DNA of 64,000 bases, taken from assembly GCA_963755915.1 (NCBI GenBank), contig CAVWLP010000002.1:4480001-4544000 (forward strand), in the 5' to 3' direction. Of the stretch, positions 11,196 through 21,077 are shown piece by piece. The stretch's first letter is position 1. Each line of letters begins with the position of its first letter. The notes beneath the pieces are model-generated. The model was not told where the DNA came from. It ran no database searches and worked only from the letters and a program-made list of their open reading frames with translations. This DNA comes from an uncultured Phycisphaerales bacterium (GTDB lineage Bacteria > Planctomycetota > Phycisphaerae > Tepidisphaerales > Tepidisphaeraceae). The translations under genes were made by a program, and so were the position numbers.

Positions 11196-12124
11196 TCCAC
11201 CCTCCCCGCGATCTCAATCCGCGGATCGACAAACGCATATCCGATGTCCACCAGGAGATTCAGCCCCAGCAGAAACGCCGCATAGACCAGCACCGTGCCC
11301 AGGATCAGCGTCTGATCGCGGTTCTTTACGCCGTTGACGAAATGCTGGCCGAGGCCGGGAATATTGAACACGGTTTCGACGACGAATGATCCGGTCATCG
11401 CGTACGCCGTCGCGGGGCCGAGGTAGGTGAATACGGGCAGGAAAGCATTGCGGAACGCGTGCTTCCAGATGACGGCCGTTTGGGAGAGGCCCTTGGCCCG
11501 CGCGGTGCGAACATAATCGTTGCCGAGGGTGTCGAGCATTGAAACACGGGTAAGGCGCGCGATATACGCCATGGGCATCAGCGCTAAGGCCACGCCCGGC
11601 AATACCAGTTGCCGAAATTCGCCCCACCCCCCTGCCGGGAACCAGTGGAGCCAATCCGAAAAGACGACGATAAGCATTCCCGCAACCACAAACGCGGGCA
11701 GACTGATCCCAATGAGCGCAATGGCCAGGCTCGTGAAATCAAGGACCGATCCGCGGCGCATCGCGGCAGTGACGCCGACGCCGCAGCCGCCCATCAGGGC
11801 GATCAAAATCGCCACTAGTCCCAGCGCCATCGAAACCGGCAGGCTGCTGCGCAGGATTTCGTTCACGCTCCAGCCCTCGTAGGAAAGACTCGGGCCGAAA
11901 TCCCCATGGCGCACAATCTGCCACGGATAATACGTCAGGAATTGGTGCCAGGTTTGGGCGTGGAAGCGGGCCTTCAGATCGTTCTTGGCGGCTTCGCTGA
12001 GGGCGCGGTCGTTGTTCTCATACGGAGAGCCGGGAACGATCCAGACCAGGGCAAACGTGATGACATAAATGATCGCCAGGATCAGGGGCAACTGGACGAT
12101 CCGCCATGCGATGAAGCGTGCCAT
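11192..12124 (-). CDS. oppB: Second peptide ABC permease (OppB type)
   Basis: GDFGPS, DYVRTARAKG, TGSFVVETVFNIPGLG, VDIGYAFVDPR. Confidence 0.9.
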   Translation of the reverse strand: MARFIAWRIVQLPLILAIIYVITFALVWIVPGSPYENNDRALSEAAKNDLKARFHAQTWHQFLTYYPWQIVRHGDFGPSLSYEGWSVNEILRSSLPVSMALGLVAILIALMGGCGVGVTAAMRRGSVLDFTSLAIALIGISLPAFVVAGMLIVVFSDWLHWFPAGGWGEFRQLVLPGVALALMPMAYIARLTRVSMLDTLGNDYVRTARAKGLSQTAVIWKHAFRNAFLPVFTYLGPATAYAMTGSFVVETVFNIPGLGQHFVNGVKNRDQTLILGTVLVYAAFLLGLNLLVDIGYAFVDPRIEIAGRVE

Positions 12125-13797
12125 TTAGTGATTCACCTGCACGCCATTGAACATCACCGTGCCGTTGGCCGCCAGTGCGATCCCGTTTACCTGGGGGCGG
12201 AAAAGATAGGCGTTGACGTATGTGAAGAGCGGAATGATGGGGGCTTCGTGCAGTAGGATTTTTTCCGCTTGCGACAAAAGCCCCATCCGCCGCCGGGGAT
12301 CGGCCTCGCGCTGGGCCTCGGCACAGAGGCGGTCATACTCGGCGCTCGTCCACTTACTGTCGTTCTCATCGCTGTCGGATTTATATTTGTCGGTGAAGGT
12401 CGTCGGGTCATGATAATCCCCATACCACCCGGCCCTGGCGATGTCGTATTGCTGCGTATGCAGGTCCGCGCCGAAGACTTTTACTTCGACACCTTCGAGC
12501 TTCATGTCGATTCCCAGGTTCGTGAACCACTGCCGCCTGACGATCTGTGCGACGTCGCCGTGAAAACTTTCCGTGTTATAGAAGATGCTCAGCGGGGGAA
12601 ACCCGCTCCCGCCGGGATATCCGGCTTCCGCAAGCAGCTTCTGCGCCGCTGGCACGTCATATGGCAACCCCGGCGGTGAAACATATCCCGCAAAAACACC
12701 GGGCGGAATGTAGGTGAACGACTGCGGCTGCCCCAATCTTCCCACGTTGCGGACGATCGGATCGCGATCGATCGACATCGCCAGCGCCTGCCGCACGCGC
12801 ACATCCGCCAGCGGATTTTCCGGCCATCAGGCAGCGTGGGCAGACAGTTCAGCGAATAAAAGTAGGTCCCGAACGCGGGGAAGACGTGCAGATCGTCGCG
12901 CTTGCCCTCGACCAGCATCTGGGCGGCAAGATTTGGATCGACATCCGAAAGCCAATCGACGTCGCCCCGGTCGTAGATTCGAAACGCCGCCAGGCCGTCC
13001 TCGGCGTAAATCTGGTCGATCACCCGGCTCTTAATGCTGGCCCGATTCCAGTAATAGTCCGAAGCCACCAAGCGCAGCCGGCGCTTGAAGCTCCACTGGG
13101 CCAGCCGATAAGGCCCATTGGTCACCAAGTGCGGCGGGCGCGTGAAATCGAGGTTAAAGTGAAGCCCATCGGGTTCAAGAAAATCGTGCATGGAAGCTTC
13201 GTTCATCGGAAAAAAGGCTGGAAACGCCAGGAGCGACGGAAAAAAAGGAACGGGATCGGTCAACGTGACGACAAGGGTATGATCGTCCAGCGCCCGCTCC
13301 CCCACTGTCGAGATATCCGGCGCGGTGGCAGGTTTACTGGCCTCTTTCGCCGCCAGGAAATTCGCGAAGTCATCCGAATATTTTTTCGCGCCGCGAATGT
13401 AAAAGTGCAGATAGGTATATTCCCCCGGCGTCTCAAGAAACCTCCGCCATCCGAAGAGAAAATCCTGCGACGTGACGGGATCGCCATTGGTCCATTTCGC
13501 ACCCGAACGAATATGGATCGTCCAAATCGTCCGCGTCGGATCGGTCGTTGCGCGGTCGGCGCAGCCGAGGACCGGCTCAAGCGTTTTGGCGTCCAGGGTG
13601 TAAAGCCCCTCCCACAGCCCATACGCAATGCGGATGTCCTGCATCCAGCTCATGCCGTTGGGATCGAGGCATTTGTTGTCGCCGCGGTTGATGAAGGCAA
13701 AATCGGCGCGCTGCTGACCTGAGGTGTCGTTGGACCAATAGAGAGCCGCGGCCGCAAGCCCGGCGAGGATCACCGGGATCGTGAGCAGCCGGGTCAT
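12125..13797 (-). CDS. oppA: Second peptide ABC substrate-binding protein (OppA type); frameshift at ~12815
   Basis: EGLY, KWTNGDPVTSQDF, VTNGPY, DVRVRQAL, RAGWYGDY.DP.TF, EAPIIPL. Confidence 0.88.
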
Positions 13798-14954
13798 TGC
13801 GCCGCTTCGGTCGATGCGGGAGATGGGGCAGTTGACGCAGCGGAAAGATCTGCCGGGGGCTTTAGATCTTGGAAAGCGGGAATCTGGGATAGCTCCTGAA
13901 TCAAGGCAGCGGACACCTCTTTGACAGAGTCTGCCGGCGCCGCGGCAGAAAGATTGTGAAGGGCGGCGCCTGCTGTTGTGAGATTAGGATCCTGGGTGAT
14001 TTTGCCAAGCCCATCCTCGCCCATCCAATAACCCTCGGAGTTGAGGGCGTCGATCAAATCGTGAACCTGGTCGGGGCGCAGGTTCGACGCACGTTGCCCG
14101 GCCCACGAAATCAGGTTCGCGGCGTTTTGCACGGCCTGGAGTTGCTGGTCTTGCGACATCACGCCCCATCCATCCGGGGTAAGCAGCAAATACTCAGCGT
14201 ATGTATCGGCCACCGGATTTGGTGGATAACTCGTCTTGTAAAGCTCAAGGCGCGTCGATTGCAACTTAAGCAGACCACCGATCAGCGGCGCCATCGCAAC
14301 CGGATCCGGCATCCCACCAGATGTCCATTGCCTCGGATTCATGGCTTTATAGGCTTCTGAAGCGATCAGGCCTGCCATCGGACTATCGCTGCTATCCTTG
14401 ACGGACTCTATGATGGCATCCAGTAGAGAGACGCATGGCCCGGCCACAAACGCCTGACTCTTAAGGGCCAGCGGCAACATCAACTTAACCGCCTGAACGC
14501 TCACATAAACTACCGCCGGCGACTTATCCCCCAGTAATTTGATCAGCGCGGGGGTAAGGTTTGCCTTCTGCCCGGCGAGGCTGCGGATGACCAGCGCCAT
14601 ATTCAACCGCGCCGCAACCGGTGGATCGCCCTGTGAGAGCAAGCCGATGAAAACCGTGTTCAATGCCGCCGTGTAGGTGTTTTGATAGGAGGTTGACGCC
14701 GTCGCGGGGTCCTCGTTGATAAGCCAGTTGCGGACCATGCTTACGGTCGGCTTGTCGTCCGAATTTTTCACCAGCTTGTCCATCACGCCGCCAATCTTCT
14801 GATTGATCTCATCAGAGAAGCTGGTGGCGTCCGGAGCGTCTTTGGCGGCGTCGCTGATGCTGGGATCGGCGGGCATCGCGGGAATGTCCGCCGCCGCGCG
14901 CATCGAACCGACTCCGAGGGCGAGAACAAAACAGATTACACAACGTCTTAGCAT
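13794..14954 (-). CDS. Exported hypothetical helical (HEAT-like) protein heading the opp operon
   Basis: Signal peptide MLRRCVICFVLALGVGSMRAAA; LIKLLGDKSPAV HEAT-like motif; stop overlaps the oppA start (ATGA). Confidence 0.6.
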   Translation of the reverse strand: MLRRCVICFVLALGVGSMRAAADIPAMPADPSISDAAKDAPDATSFSDEINQKIGGVMDKLVKNSDDKPTVSMVRNWLINEDPATASTSYQNTYTAALNTVFIGLLSQGDPPVAARLNMALVIRSLAGQKANLTPALIKLLGDKSPAVVYVSVQAVKLMLPLALKSQAFVAGPCVSLLDAIIESVKDSSDSPMAGLIASEAYKAMNPRQWTSGGMPDPVAMAPLIGGLLKLQSTRLELYKTSYPPNPVADTYAEYLLLTPDGWGVMSQDQQLQAVQNAANLISWAGQRASNLRPDQVHDLIDALNSEGYWMGEDGLGKITQDPNLTTAGAALHNLSAAAPADSVKEVSAALIQELSQIPAFQDLKPPADLSAASTAPSPASTEAAQ

Positions 14955-14992
14955 GCTTAGGATTCTCCGGCGAGATTCAGGCCAGAGCGGCA

Positions 14993-15021
14993 ACCGTAAC
15001 CGCCGCTAATTTGAGTGTCAA
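14993..15021 (-). promoter_or_regulatory. sigma70-type promoter of the peptide ABC operon
   Basis: Minus strand TTGACA-17 bp-TACGGT about 40 nt upstream of the ATG at 14954. Confidence 0.55.
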
Positions 15022-15093
15022 GAAAGCCTTGTTGCGGCGCTCCGCCTATCAAAATTATACCGCAAATTCTCCCCAGACCCTCAATGCCCCTCC

Positions 15094-15960
15094 CTAATTT
15101 CTCCAGGCATCGCGAGCCGTGGGGACCAGATAGCTGTCATAATTGTAGGCCGGTCCAACATCCGTACCTATATATCCGGGATCATCGACAGTCTGCGGCC
15201 CGGATATTCGATGCGGGGCGATTGCTGTATAAATATTGTCACTTCCGACCCCGCAATAAGGCGTCTTCTCAAAGGAAACATACCCCGAAGGGTACAGCAC
15301 GTTCTGCCCCGCTTGCTGGTGGTTTAACGAATTCCCCTTGGCCAATTCAAATGGCGGCGCGTCGCGTGCAGGCCCCAGAACTCGATTCCCATCGCAATCA
15401 AATCCCGGATTCTTGTCGGCAAGAATGGCGCACTGCTCGGGCAGGCGATCGCTGCTGAAGGCCATGTTGAAGGCATCGGTAAAGGGCGAATCGTATGAGT
15501 AGCTGAGGTTCGCCGGCGAGCGGAAATTCCAGCGTTTCGTCGCCACGGTGGAAGCTCCGCTGGCATCGGTCATGGTATCCGGCTCATCCCCGGTGCTCGG
15601 GCAGACGAAAACCGCAAGGTCCTTCACGTATCCTCCGCGCACGAGGAGCCAAAGCGAAGCCGTGATGTCGTTCGGCTTTATGCCGCCGTCCGGACCGGTG
15701 AACGCCACGTAACCGAGCGGCTTATGAACCCAGTCGTAGGGAGATTCCGGCAGCGGGAGAAAACTTGAGCCGTTGGCTTTGCCGTATTCCTGTAGCGCCA
15801 CGCCGATCTGATACAGGTGGGCGCTGCAATCCGTCCGCCGGGCGTCTTCCCGCACCATCTCCAGATAGGGAAGAATGATCGCCGCAAGGATCGTCAGGAT
15901 GCCAATGGCGACCAGGAATTCGATGAGCGTGAAGGCGCTCCTTCTCCTGGCGCACGTCAC
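15094..15960 (-). CDS. Prepilin-type N-terminal cleavage/methylation protein (planctomycete H-X9-DG-like family)
   Basis: AFTLIEFLVAIGILTILAAIILP, C..HL.QIG.AL..Y, FVCPS, NHQQAGQNVLYPSG.V. Confidence 0.85.
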   Translation of the reverse strand: MTCARRRSAFTLIEFLVAIGILTILAAIILPYLEMVREDARRTDCSAHLYQIGVALQEYGKANGSSFLPLPESPYDWVHKPLGYVAFTGPDGGIKPNDITASLWLLVRGGYVKDLAVFVCPSTGDEPDTMTDASGASTVATKRWNFRSPANLSYSYDSPFTDAFNMAFSSDRLPEQCAILADKNPGFDCDGNRVLGPARDAPPFELAKGNSLNHQQAGQNVLYPSGYVSFEKTPYCGVGSDNIYTAIAPHRISGPQTVDDPGYIGTDVGPAYNYDSYLVPTARDAWRN

Positions 15961-16454
15961 GGCTCGCCCCTGAAGAATTGCGCCCGGTCGCGGCGCTCCG
16001 CCTGCACGTCGGCCGCCACTTCGGTGTCTGTCATCAGATGCCCCTTGAAATCATCGAGCACCAGCGGCGCCTCATCAGGCTGCGTTGCCGGCATCAGCTT
16101 GATTCGCGCCAGCGCGTAAAACATCTCATCCGAGCCGACTACGTGATCGATCACCAGCCCCGCGCTTCCTCCGGGCAGGATGATGTTCCCCACCAGGCTC
16201 ACCCCATCCCACTGCGGATCGATTGAGAATTTAAGCGTTCGGTAGCCCCACTTTTTGATCTCCACGTCATGCTTATATTTCCGTGCCAGGCTCACGCTCA
16301 CCGGCGATGTGTATGCCTTTCCGTCGACGATCACCTGGGCCTCGTTCGGATCGGTGTGGAACGTAAGCGTCTGGCGTGGCCCGCGAAGAAGGGTGGCGCA
16401 GCCGCCGGCGGGAAGGACCGATAACAAAAGCCAGAAGAGAATTGTCTTTCTCAT
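15957..16454 (-). CDS. PEGA-domain lipoprotein
   Basis: Lipobox-like AGGC, TDP..AQV.VDG, IKKWGY. Confidence 0.65.
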   Translation of the reverse strand: MRKTILFWLLLSVLPAGGCATLLRGPRQTLTFHTDPNEAQVIVDGKAYTSPVSVSLARKYKHDVEIKKWGYRTLKFSIDPQWDGVSLVGNIILPGGSAGLVIDHVVGSDEMFYALARIKLMPATQPDEAPLVLDDFKGHLMTDTEVAADVQAERRDRAQFFRGEP

Positions 16455-16462
16455 GAGATACT

Positions 16463-17542
16463 CTATCGGCCCGCGGCAGCCTCGCCGCCTATCTCGACTT
16501 TCCGCTTTAACTGCCCGCACGCCGCGTCGATGTCCCTCCCCCGGCTCTTGCGCACGTGGGCATTCACGCCCGCGTTTCGCAGGACCCTCTGGAACGCGAA
16601 TACATTTTCCGCCGTCGGCCGCTCGAAGGGCAGGCCCTCCACCTCGTTATAGCGGATGAGGTTCACGTTGGCGCGCAGCGTTTTGCAGATCGCCGCCAGT
16701 TGGTGGGCCTGTTGAAGTTTGTCATTCACGCCGTGAAGCAGGATGTATTCCAGCGTGACCTCGCGCCCGGTCTGCTCGAAGTAATACCGGGCCGCATTCA
16801 GGATATCCTTCAGCGAGAAATGCTCGGCCCACGGAATCAGCTCGCGCCGCAGCTCCTCGGTGGGGGCATGCAGAGAGATGGCCAGATTCAGCGGCAGATT
16901 CTCGTTCGCCAGCGAACGAATTTTCTCCGGAACGCCGACCGTCGAAACGGTGATCTTCCTGGCCCCGATGTTGAAGCATCCGGGATCGTGGATGATTCGA
17001 ATGGCTCTTATAACATTGGTGTAATTAGCTAGCGGCTCCCCCATCCCCATAAAAACGATATTTGTGATGTGCGTTCTCTCCTCAGAAAGTAAGCGGTTGC
17101 AAAGATAGATCTGCTGCACGATACGATCGGCGCTGAGGCTGCGCTGCAATCCGTTCAGACCGCTTGCGCAAAACTTGCATCCCACGGGACACCCCACTTG
17201 TGAACTAATGCACGCAGTCCGGCGATTTTCGTCCGGAATTACCACGCATTCCGCGGCCGCGCCGTCCCAATCCGCCAGGATTTTCCGCGTCCCGTCGCTG
17301 CTTTTCTGCTGCTTCACGACCTGCCCGATGCTGAAATCAATCGCCTCGCCAAGCGTTTGCCTGTCCTGTTTTGACAGGGTGGAAATTTCCGCTGGAGATG
17401 ACTTGAGATGGTGGTAAATCGCCTCGCGGATTTGCCGCCCGCGATAGCGCGGCCAGCCCCACTCAACCAACATCTGGTCGAGCTCCTCGCTCAATAGCGA
17501 AAAAAAGTTTCTCTTCGCAGGAATCGGCATCTTGTGTGGCAT
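16463..17542 (-). CDS. rlmN: 23S rRNA m2A2503 radical SAM methyltransferase
   Basis: CISSQVGCPVGCKFC, MGMGEPL, SLHAP, RGRDIDAACGQL. Confidence 0.96.
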   Translation of the reverse strand: MPHKMPIPAKRNFFSLLSEELDQMLVEWGWPRYRGRQIREAIYHHLKSSPAEISTLSKQDRQTLGEAIDFSIGQVVKQQKSSDGTRKILADWDGAAAECVVIPDENRRTACISSQVGCPVGCKFCASGLNGLQRSLSADRIVQQIYLCNRLLSEERTHITNIVFMGMGEPLANYTNVIRAIRIIHDPGCFNIGARKITVSTVGVPEKIRSLANENLPLNLAISLHAPTEELRRELIPWAEHFSLKDILNAARYYFEQTGREVTLEYILLHGVNDKLQQAHQLAAICKTLRANVNLIRYNEVEGLPFERPTAENVFAFQRVLRNAGVNAHVRKSRGRDIDAACGQLKRKVEIGGEAAAGR

Positions 17543-17707
17543 ATTATCTGCTGTGGAAACACTTGGGCAATGGGGTGAACGGACGAAGGAGGTTTCCTAA
17601 TGCACGGCATCGATCAGGCTGGCAGCGCCGCCGCGCGAAGTCGAGCAGTGAAGGCACTTCAAGGCGCCCGAAAATCCGGCGGCGGAAAAAATCCGGATAT
17701 ATCGGTT

Positions 17708-18343
17708 GTGAGCACACAACTAACCAACATTCCATCCGTCGTACCAACTTCCCCCACCGACGAGCAGCTCCTCGCTGCTTATCGCCAGGGTGACCGCACT
17801 GGCTTCTCGCGACTCGTCGAACGATACCAGCGCGAACTGTTCCATTTCCTGGTCCGGTTCGTCGGCGACCGCGCCGCGGCGGAAGATCTCTTCCAGGAAT
17901 CCTTCCTCCAGGTGCATCAGAGCGCTAAGCTCTTCGATCCACAGCGCCGATTCCGACCCTGGTTGTTTACAATTGCAGCCAACAAGGCACGAGACTACCT
18001 CCGCGCCCAGTCGCGCCGCCCGGCCAACCAGCTCCAGGCGGCCATCAACCCCACCAACGACGACAGCGGGGAATTCATCGACCTGATGAAAAGCGACGAT
18101 CTCGGCCCGGCAACGCCCCTCGAGCGCCAGGAAATTCAGGAACTCGTACAAAAAACCGTAATGGAGATGCCCGCCAACTTCAGGGAAATCTTGCTCTTAT
18201 CGTATTTCCATCAATTTTCATACAAACAAATTGGAGAAATACTTGAAATTCCCCTGGGGACGGTAAAATCACGGTTGCACGCAGCGGTTGCATTTTTTGC
18301 GGATCGCTGGCGATTGCTGAACCAGGGCAGTTTTGATTCGTAG
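17708..18343 (+). CDS. ECF RNA polymerase sigma factor (probable GTG start at 17708)
   Basis: Region 2 AEDLFQE..F and FRPWLFTIAAN; region 4 SYKQIGEILEIPLGTVKSRL. Confidence 0.92.
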   Translation: MSTQLTNIPSVVPTSPTDEQLLAAYRQGDRTGFSRLVERYQRELFHFLVRFVGDRAAAEDLFQESFLQVHQSAKLFDPQRRFRPWLFTIAANKARDYLRAQSRRPANQLQAAINPTNDDSGEFIDLMKSDDLGPATPLERQEIQELVQKTVMEMPANFREILLLSYFHQFSYKQIGEILEIPLGTVKSRLHAAVAFFADRWRLLNQGSFDS

Positions 18344-18533
18344 ATACCCTTGGTTGTTTTTCATCGGTTGCACACATATCTCCGATGTAAAACGACTGAA
18401 AAACTTGTTGTAACCCCTGGTCGTTGTTCAGATCTACATATCGGTCGTGGACTTACGTCCGTGCGGTCAGCAAGGTACCAAAGCCCAAGTCAGGCCATTG
18501 TACGCTTGGCTGAGCAACGGAGAACCACAGGGG

Positions 18534-18851
18534 ATGAGTATGCGAAAGAAAAAGCTCAACGAACAGGATCAGGCAGCAGTGGATCTGCTGCTGGACCGGC
18601 CCACGGACGGCTTTTACATGGGAAGCCTTGCGGACAGCGGAGTTTTTGTGAAATCGGTTGACGTCAATCATCAACGCGTTCGATCGGTGAAGCATGTTCT
18701 CAATCTCCTCAAAGAGATGCCGGTGGCCGACCCTCCCGCGGACCTCGCGGGAAAGACGCTTCGGCGGGTTTATGCTTCGGGAGCGGGGAGCTCCTCGATC
18801 CTTCGCGCCCCTACGCCCAATCGCGACAGCGACCAGCAGCGCCTCTCCTGA
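18534..18851 (+). CDS. Small soluble hypothetical protein, possibly anti-sigma-like
   Basis: GGGG RBS; helical LL..MP..DPPADL..KTL.RV motif; downstream of the ECF gene. Confidence 0.5.
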   Translation: MSMRKKKLNEQDQAAVDLLLDRPTDGFYMGSLADSGVFVKSVDVNHQRVRSVKHVLNLLKEMPVADPPADLAGKTLRRVYASGAGSSSILRAPTPNRDSDQQRLS

Positions 18852-18875
18852 GGCGCCGCGCCGCTCGTTTCCCTC

Positions 18876-20055
18876 CTACGCCAGCAGTGCCGACATAAGT
18901 TCCCCGATTTCTTTTTCTGAATGCTCGCAGCTTAGCGTCACGCGCAGCCGGCTGGTTCCGCGCGGCACCGTCGGCGGGCGCACGGCCGCAACCACGAATC
19001 CCTTCTCCAGCAGCCGCCGCGATTTCTCCAGCGCCGCCGACTCTGACCCGAGAATAATCGGAACGATCGGCGAATCGCCCTTCACGATCTCAATTCCTTT
19101 GGCCGCAAGCGCGTCGCGAAACGCCCTGGAAAGCGCGCACGCGCTGCTGACGCTGCGGCTCATCGCGCATGACGGCGATCGCCTCTTCGATTCCCGCGCA
19201 AGTCGAGGGCGGAATGCTCGTCGAATAGATGTACGCCCTTCCGAAATTTAAAAGTGCCTGCCCCCAATTCTTTTTTGCACACACCGCCCCGCCGGCACAT
19301 CCGATTGCTTTCGAAAAAGTCACCAAAAAGATGTCGACAAGATCGCAAAACCCTCGCTCCGCGACCAGACCGGCGCCGTTTGGCCCGTACACCCCGCTGG
19401 CGTGGGCTTCATCCATAACAAGCAGGAAATACCGGTCATTTTGCAGCCGGTGCAGGGCCGCGAGGTCGGCCTCATCGCCGTCCATGCTGAAGATCGACTC
19501 GGTGACGACAACCTGGATCTGGTCCGGGTGCGCGTCTTCCAGAAGGCGCGTGAGTTTTTTGATCGAATTATGTGGAAACACCCGCCACGGCGCCTCGGTC
19601 GCTCGTACCGCGTCGATGAGCGAGGCATGCGCGAGCTTGTCGATGACAAATCGCACCCCCGCCGGCGCCAGACTCACCCACGGCGCAGATCGCCTGAATC
19701 GCCGCGACGTTTGCTTGGTAGCCGCTGGGAAAGAGCAGCGCCGACTCGGTGCCCTTCCATCGCGCCACCGCCAACTCCGCGGCTGCATGCGCGGTCGTAT
19801 ATCCGCTGATCAGCGCCGAAGCGCCGGAGCCCGCGCCATATTTCGCTGCCGCGGTACGCGTCGCTTCAATCACGCGCGGGTGATGCGTCAATCCCAGGTA
19901 ATTGTTTGAGCAGAAATTCGTGCAGAGCTTGCCGTCGATTTCGACATGGACCGCGTCAATCGGTCGGACGACACGCCGGGTGCGGAGGAGATTTGCACCG
20001 ATAGACCCACCAGCTCCCTTTCGATCAACTGATCGAACCATTGGGGCTGGCTCAT
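18876..20055 (-). CDS. bioF: 8-amino-7-oxononanoate synthase; about 3 frameshifts
   Basis: NFCSNNYLGL, SGYQAN, HASLID, ESIFSMDGD, DEAHASG, TFSKA (PLP Lys), RPPTVP.G.SRLR; the ATG at 20055 overlaps the HU stop. Confidence 0.9.
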
Positions 20056-20423
20056 TCCTGATCATCATCCTCGGCGTCATCCCCGTTGTCGGACATGTCA
20101 GCCACATCACCGGCCTCATCATCTACAGCGGCTCCTGTGAGGCTTGCCAAGCGCTGTTTCATCAGCCGCCCGACTTTAAACTTGACCGTCCGCTTTTCAG
20201 GAACTTCGACGGGCTCTAGGGTCTTTGGATTCTGAGCCTTGCGGGCTTTTCGGACTTTGGTCTCGAAAACACCGAAGTCTCGGAATTCCAATCGGTTGCC
20301 TTTCCCCAGCTCATTCACGATCTCGTCGAGGAACTGCTGAACGACGCGTTTGACCTGGACCCGCCGCTGTGCAGCATTGTCGGCGATGCGGTCGATCAGT
20401 TCCTTCTTCGTGATGGTAGCCAT
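20052..20423 (-). CDS. HU/IHF family DNA-binding protein with acidic C-terminal tail
   Basis: TKKELI, EFRDFGVF, ARKAQNPKT, VKFKVG. Confidence 0.93.
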   Translation of the reverse strand: MATITKKELIDRIADNAAQRRVQVKRVVQQFLDEIVNELGKGNRLEFRDFGVFETKVRKARKAQNPKTLEPVEVPEKRTVKFKVGRLMKQRLASLTGAAVDDEAGDVADMSDNGDDAEDDDQE

Positions 20424-20555
20424 GGCTCCCTCGAGTTGAAGTTAACGTGCGATGGGAAACAGACTTAAAATAATATCGCTTACCTCCTCTCGTATTGCAA
20501 GAAGAAAACGGGCTCATAACAGCCCATTTTAAAGCAAGATTTAGATGAAGATGAT

Positions 20556-20909
20556 TTACCGGTAGGAGATACCGTAGGTCTGGCTGATCGCCTGGCGCTG
20601 GTAATACCCACCAGCCCACCCGCCATTGCCCCCCAGGCCGCCGGCAAAGCCGGGATATAAATCGTAGGTATTGATGGAGTAAAAGCTGGTGGTTCCGTCG
20701 TTAAACCCCTCAAAAGCCGCCGGCCCGCGACCGTCGCGGGAGAGATCGAGCTGGGGGGTTCCTTCGATCACCGGAGGATCAAACACCAGGGCACTGGCAA
20801 CCGCCGGTGAGTAAACGTGTGCTTGTTGCACCGGGGCAACAGTTGCCGGCTGTGAAGCACAGCCACCCAGGGCCATTGCAAGAATCATCATGAACGCGAA
20901 CCAACGCAT
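20556..20909 (-). CDS. Hypothetical lipoprotein
   Basis: Signal peptide with lipobox LGGC. Confidence 0.65.
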   Translation of the reverse strand: MRWFAFMMILAMALGGCASQPATVAPVQQAHVYSPAVASALVFDPPVIEGTPQLDLSRDGRGPAAFEGFNDGTTSFYSINTYDLYPGFAGGLGGNGGWAGGYYQRQAISQTYGISYR

Positions 20910-20920
20910 ACCGCGGTTAT

Positions 20921-20936
20921 TTCAAAGCCGGTGCCA
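20921..20936 (-). promoter_or_regulatory. Possible sigma54 (-24/-12) promoter
   Basis: Minus strand TGGCACCGGCTTTGAA (GG-N10-GA variant), about 12 nt before the ATG. Confidence 0.4.
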
Positions 20937-21077
20937 TCCTTCACTTGGCCTGCAAACCGCTGGATTTTAGCCGTTATGAGATCAGCCTGTTACGTTTGAT
21001 GCGGGAAATCAACATGCGCGTGTTGCCGTGGCAAGACGCGTTGCCCCGTTGCGACCCCAAATGCCACAGCAACTGTT

